DNA of 8,559 nucleotides from Vitrella brassicaformis CCMP3155 (Eukaryota; Protista; Chromerida): NCBI GenBank assembly GCA_001179505.1, contig CDMY01000952.1, positions 1 to 8,559 of the forward strand, read 5' to 3'. Shown piece by piece: positions 8,072 to 8,559 of this stretch (position 1 is its first letter; each line of letters starts with the position of its first letter). The notes under the pieces were generated by a model. It saw only the letters and a program-made list of their open reading frames with translations, ran no database searches and was not told where the DNA came from. The position numbers and the translations under genes were made by a program.

Positions 8072-8559
8072 ACGACGGATCATTCTGCGCTTCAGTGGAT
8101 CCGTTCACAACGAGACAGAAATCGGATGATCCAGAATTGGAGCTTGTTGCTGCAAGACATGGATTTCTCCGTGAGACACAAACAAGGGTCGATGCACCGT
8201 GATGCTGACGCGCTCTCGCGGAAGCCTCATGGTCGCTTCGCCAACATCAGTGCACTCACTGGTGCGTCCTTTTGGGATGCATACAGTGCAGTGGCTGGCC
8301 TTGATGAAGATGATCCTTTCCCAGATCCGGTTGATGAGTCAGCGGATGTAGCTGACCCGTTGGAAGGCGAGCCGACAATGTTGTGGCCGACGGATGAGGA
8401 GGTCTCCCGCATGCAGCAGGAGGACCCTTTCATCGGGCAGATTTATCGATTCTTAGTGCATGATGAAGAACCGACTGATGCAGCTGTGTCTCGCATGGTG
8501 CACTCGAAAACGAACGAGTTCCTCGTTGATAAAGGGAAGGTGTATACAGTCTTCCACGG
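8072..8559 (+). mobile_element. Ty3/gypsy pol fragment (RNase H C-terminus and linker toward integrase), 5'-truncated, runs off the window
   Basis: Frame from 8075 reads TDHSALQWI...NWSLLLQDMDFSVRHKQG..H.DADALSR, the gypsy RNase H end motif, then MQQEDPFIGQIYRFL. Open to the window end. Confidence 0.88.

Overview
Eukaryotic, intron-containing, transposon-rich DNA. Short GT-AG introns with CA/GT microsatellites and GC3-rich exons suggest a chromerid/alveolate such as Vitrella (inference only). Contents: (i) two ~98% identical copies of a Ty1/copia LTR-like repeat in opposite orientation (1-377 and 6247-6607+), the right one attached to a truncated copia RT/RNase H; (ii) a three-exon minus-strand gene (2540-1706, ~197 aa) not visible as one ORF, whose spliced product aligns by eye along its length with actinoporin-type pore-forming proteins; (iii) a Cys/His-rich gene fragment and a SET-like fragment meeting tail-to-tail; (iv) an ~870 bp 60-bp minisatellite with higher-order structure and an internal polarity switch; (v) an intron-retaining MORN-repeat (RSP10/RSPH1-like) pseudogene; (vi) an orphan exon and a 5'-truncated Ty3/gypsy pol fragment running off the right edge. 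The actinoporin-like gene is the strongest lead. All family calls are by-eye motif recognition, with no searches run.
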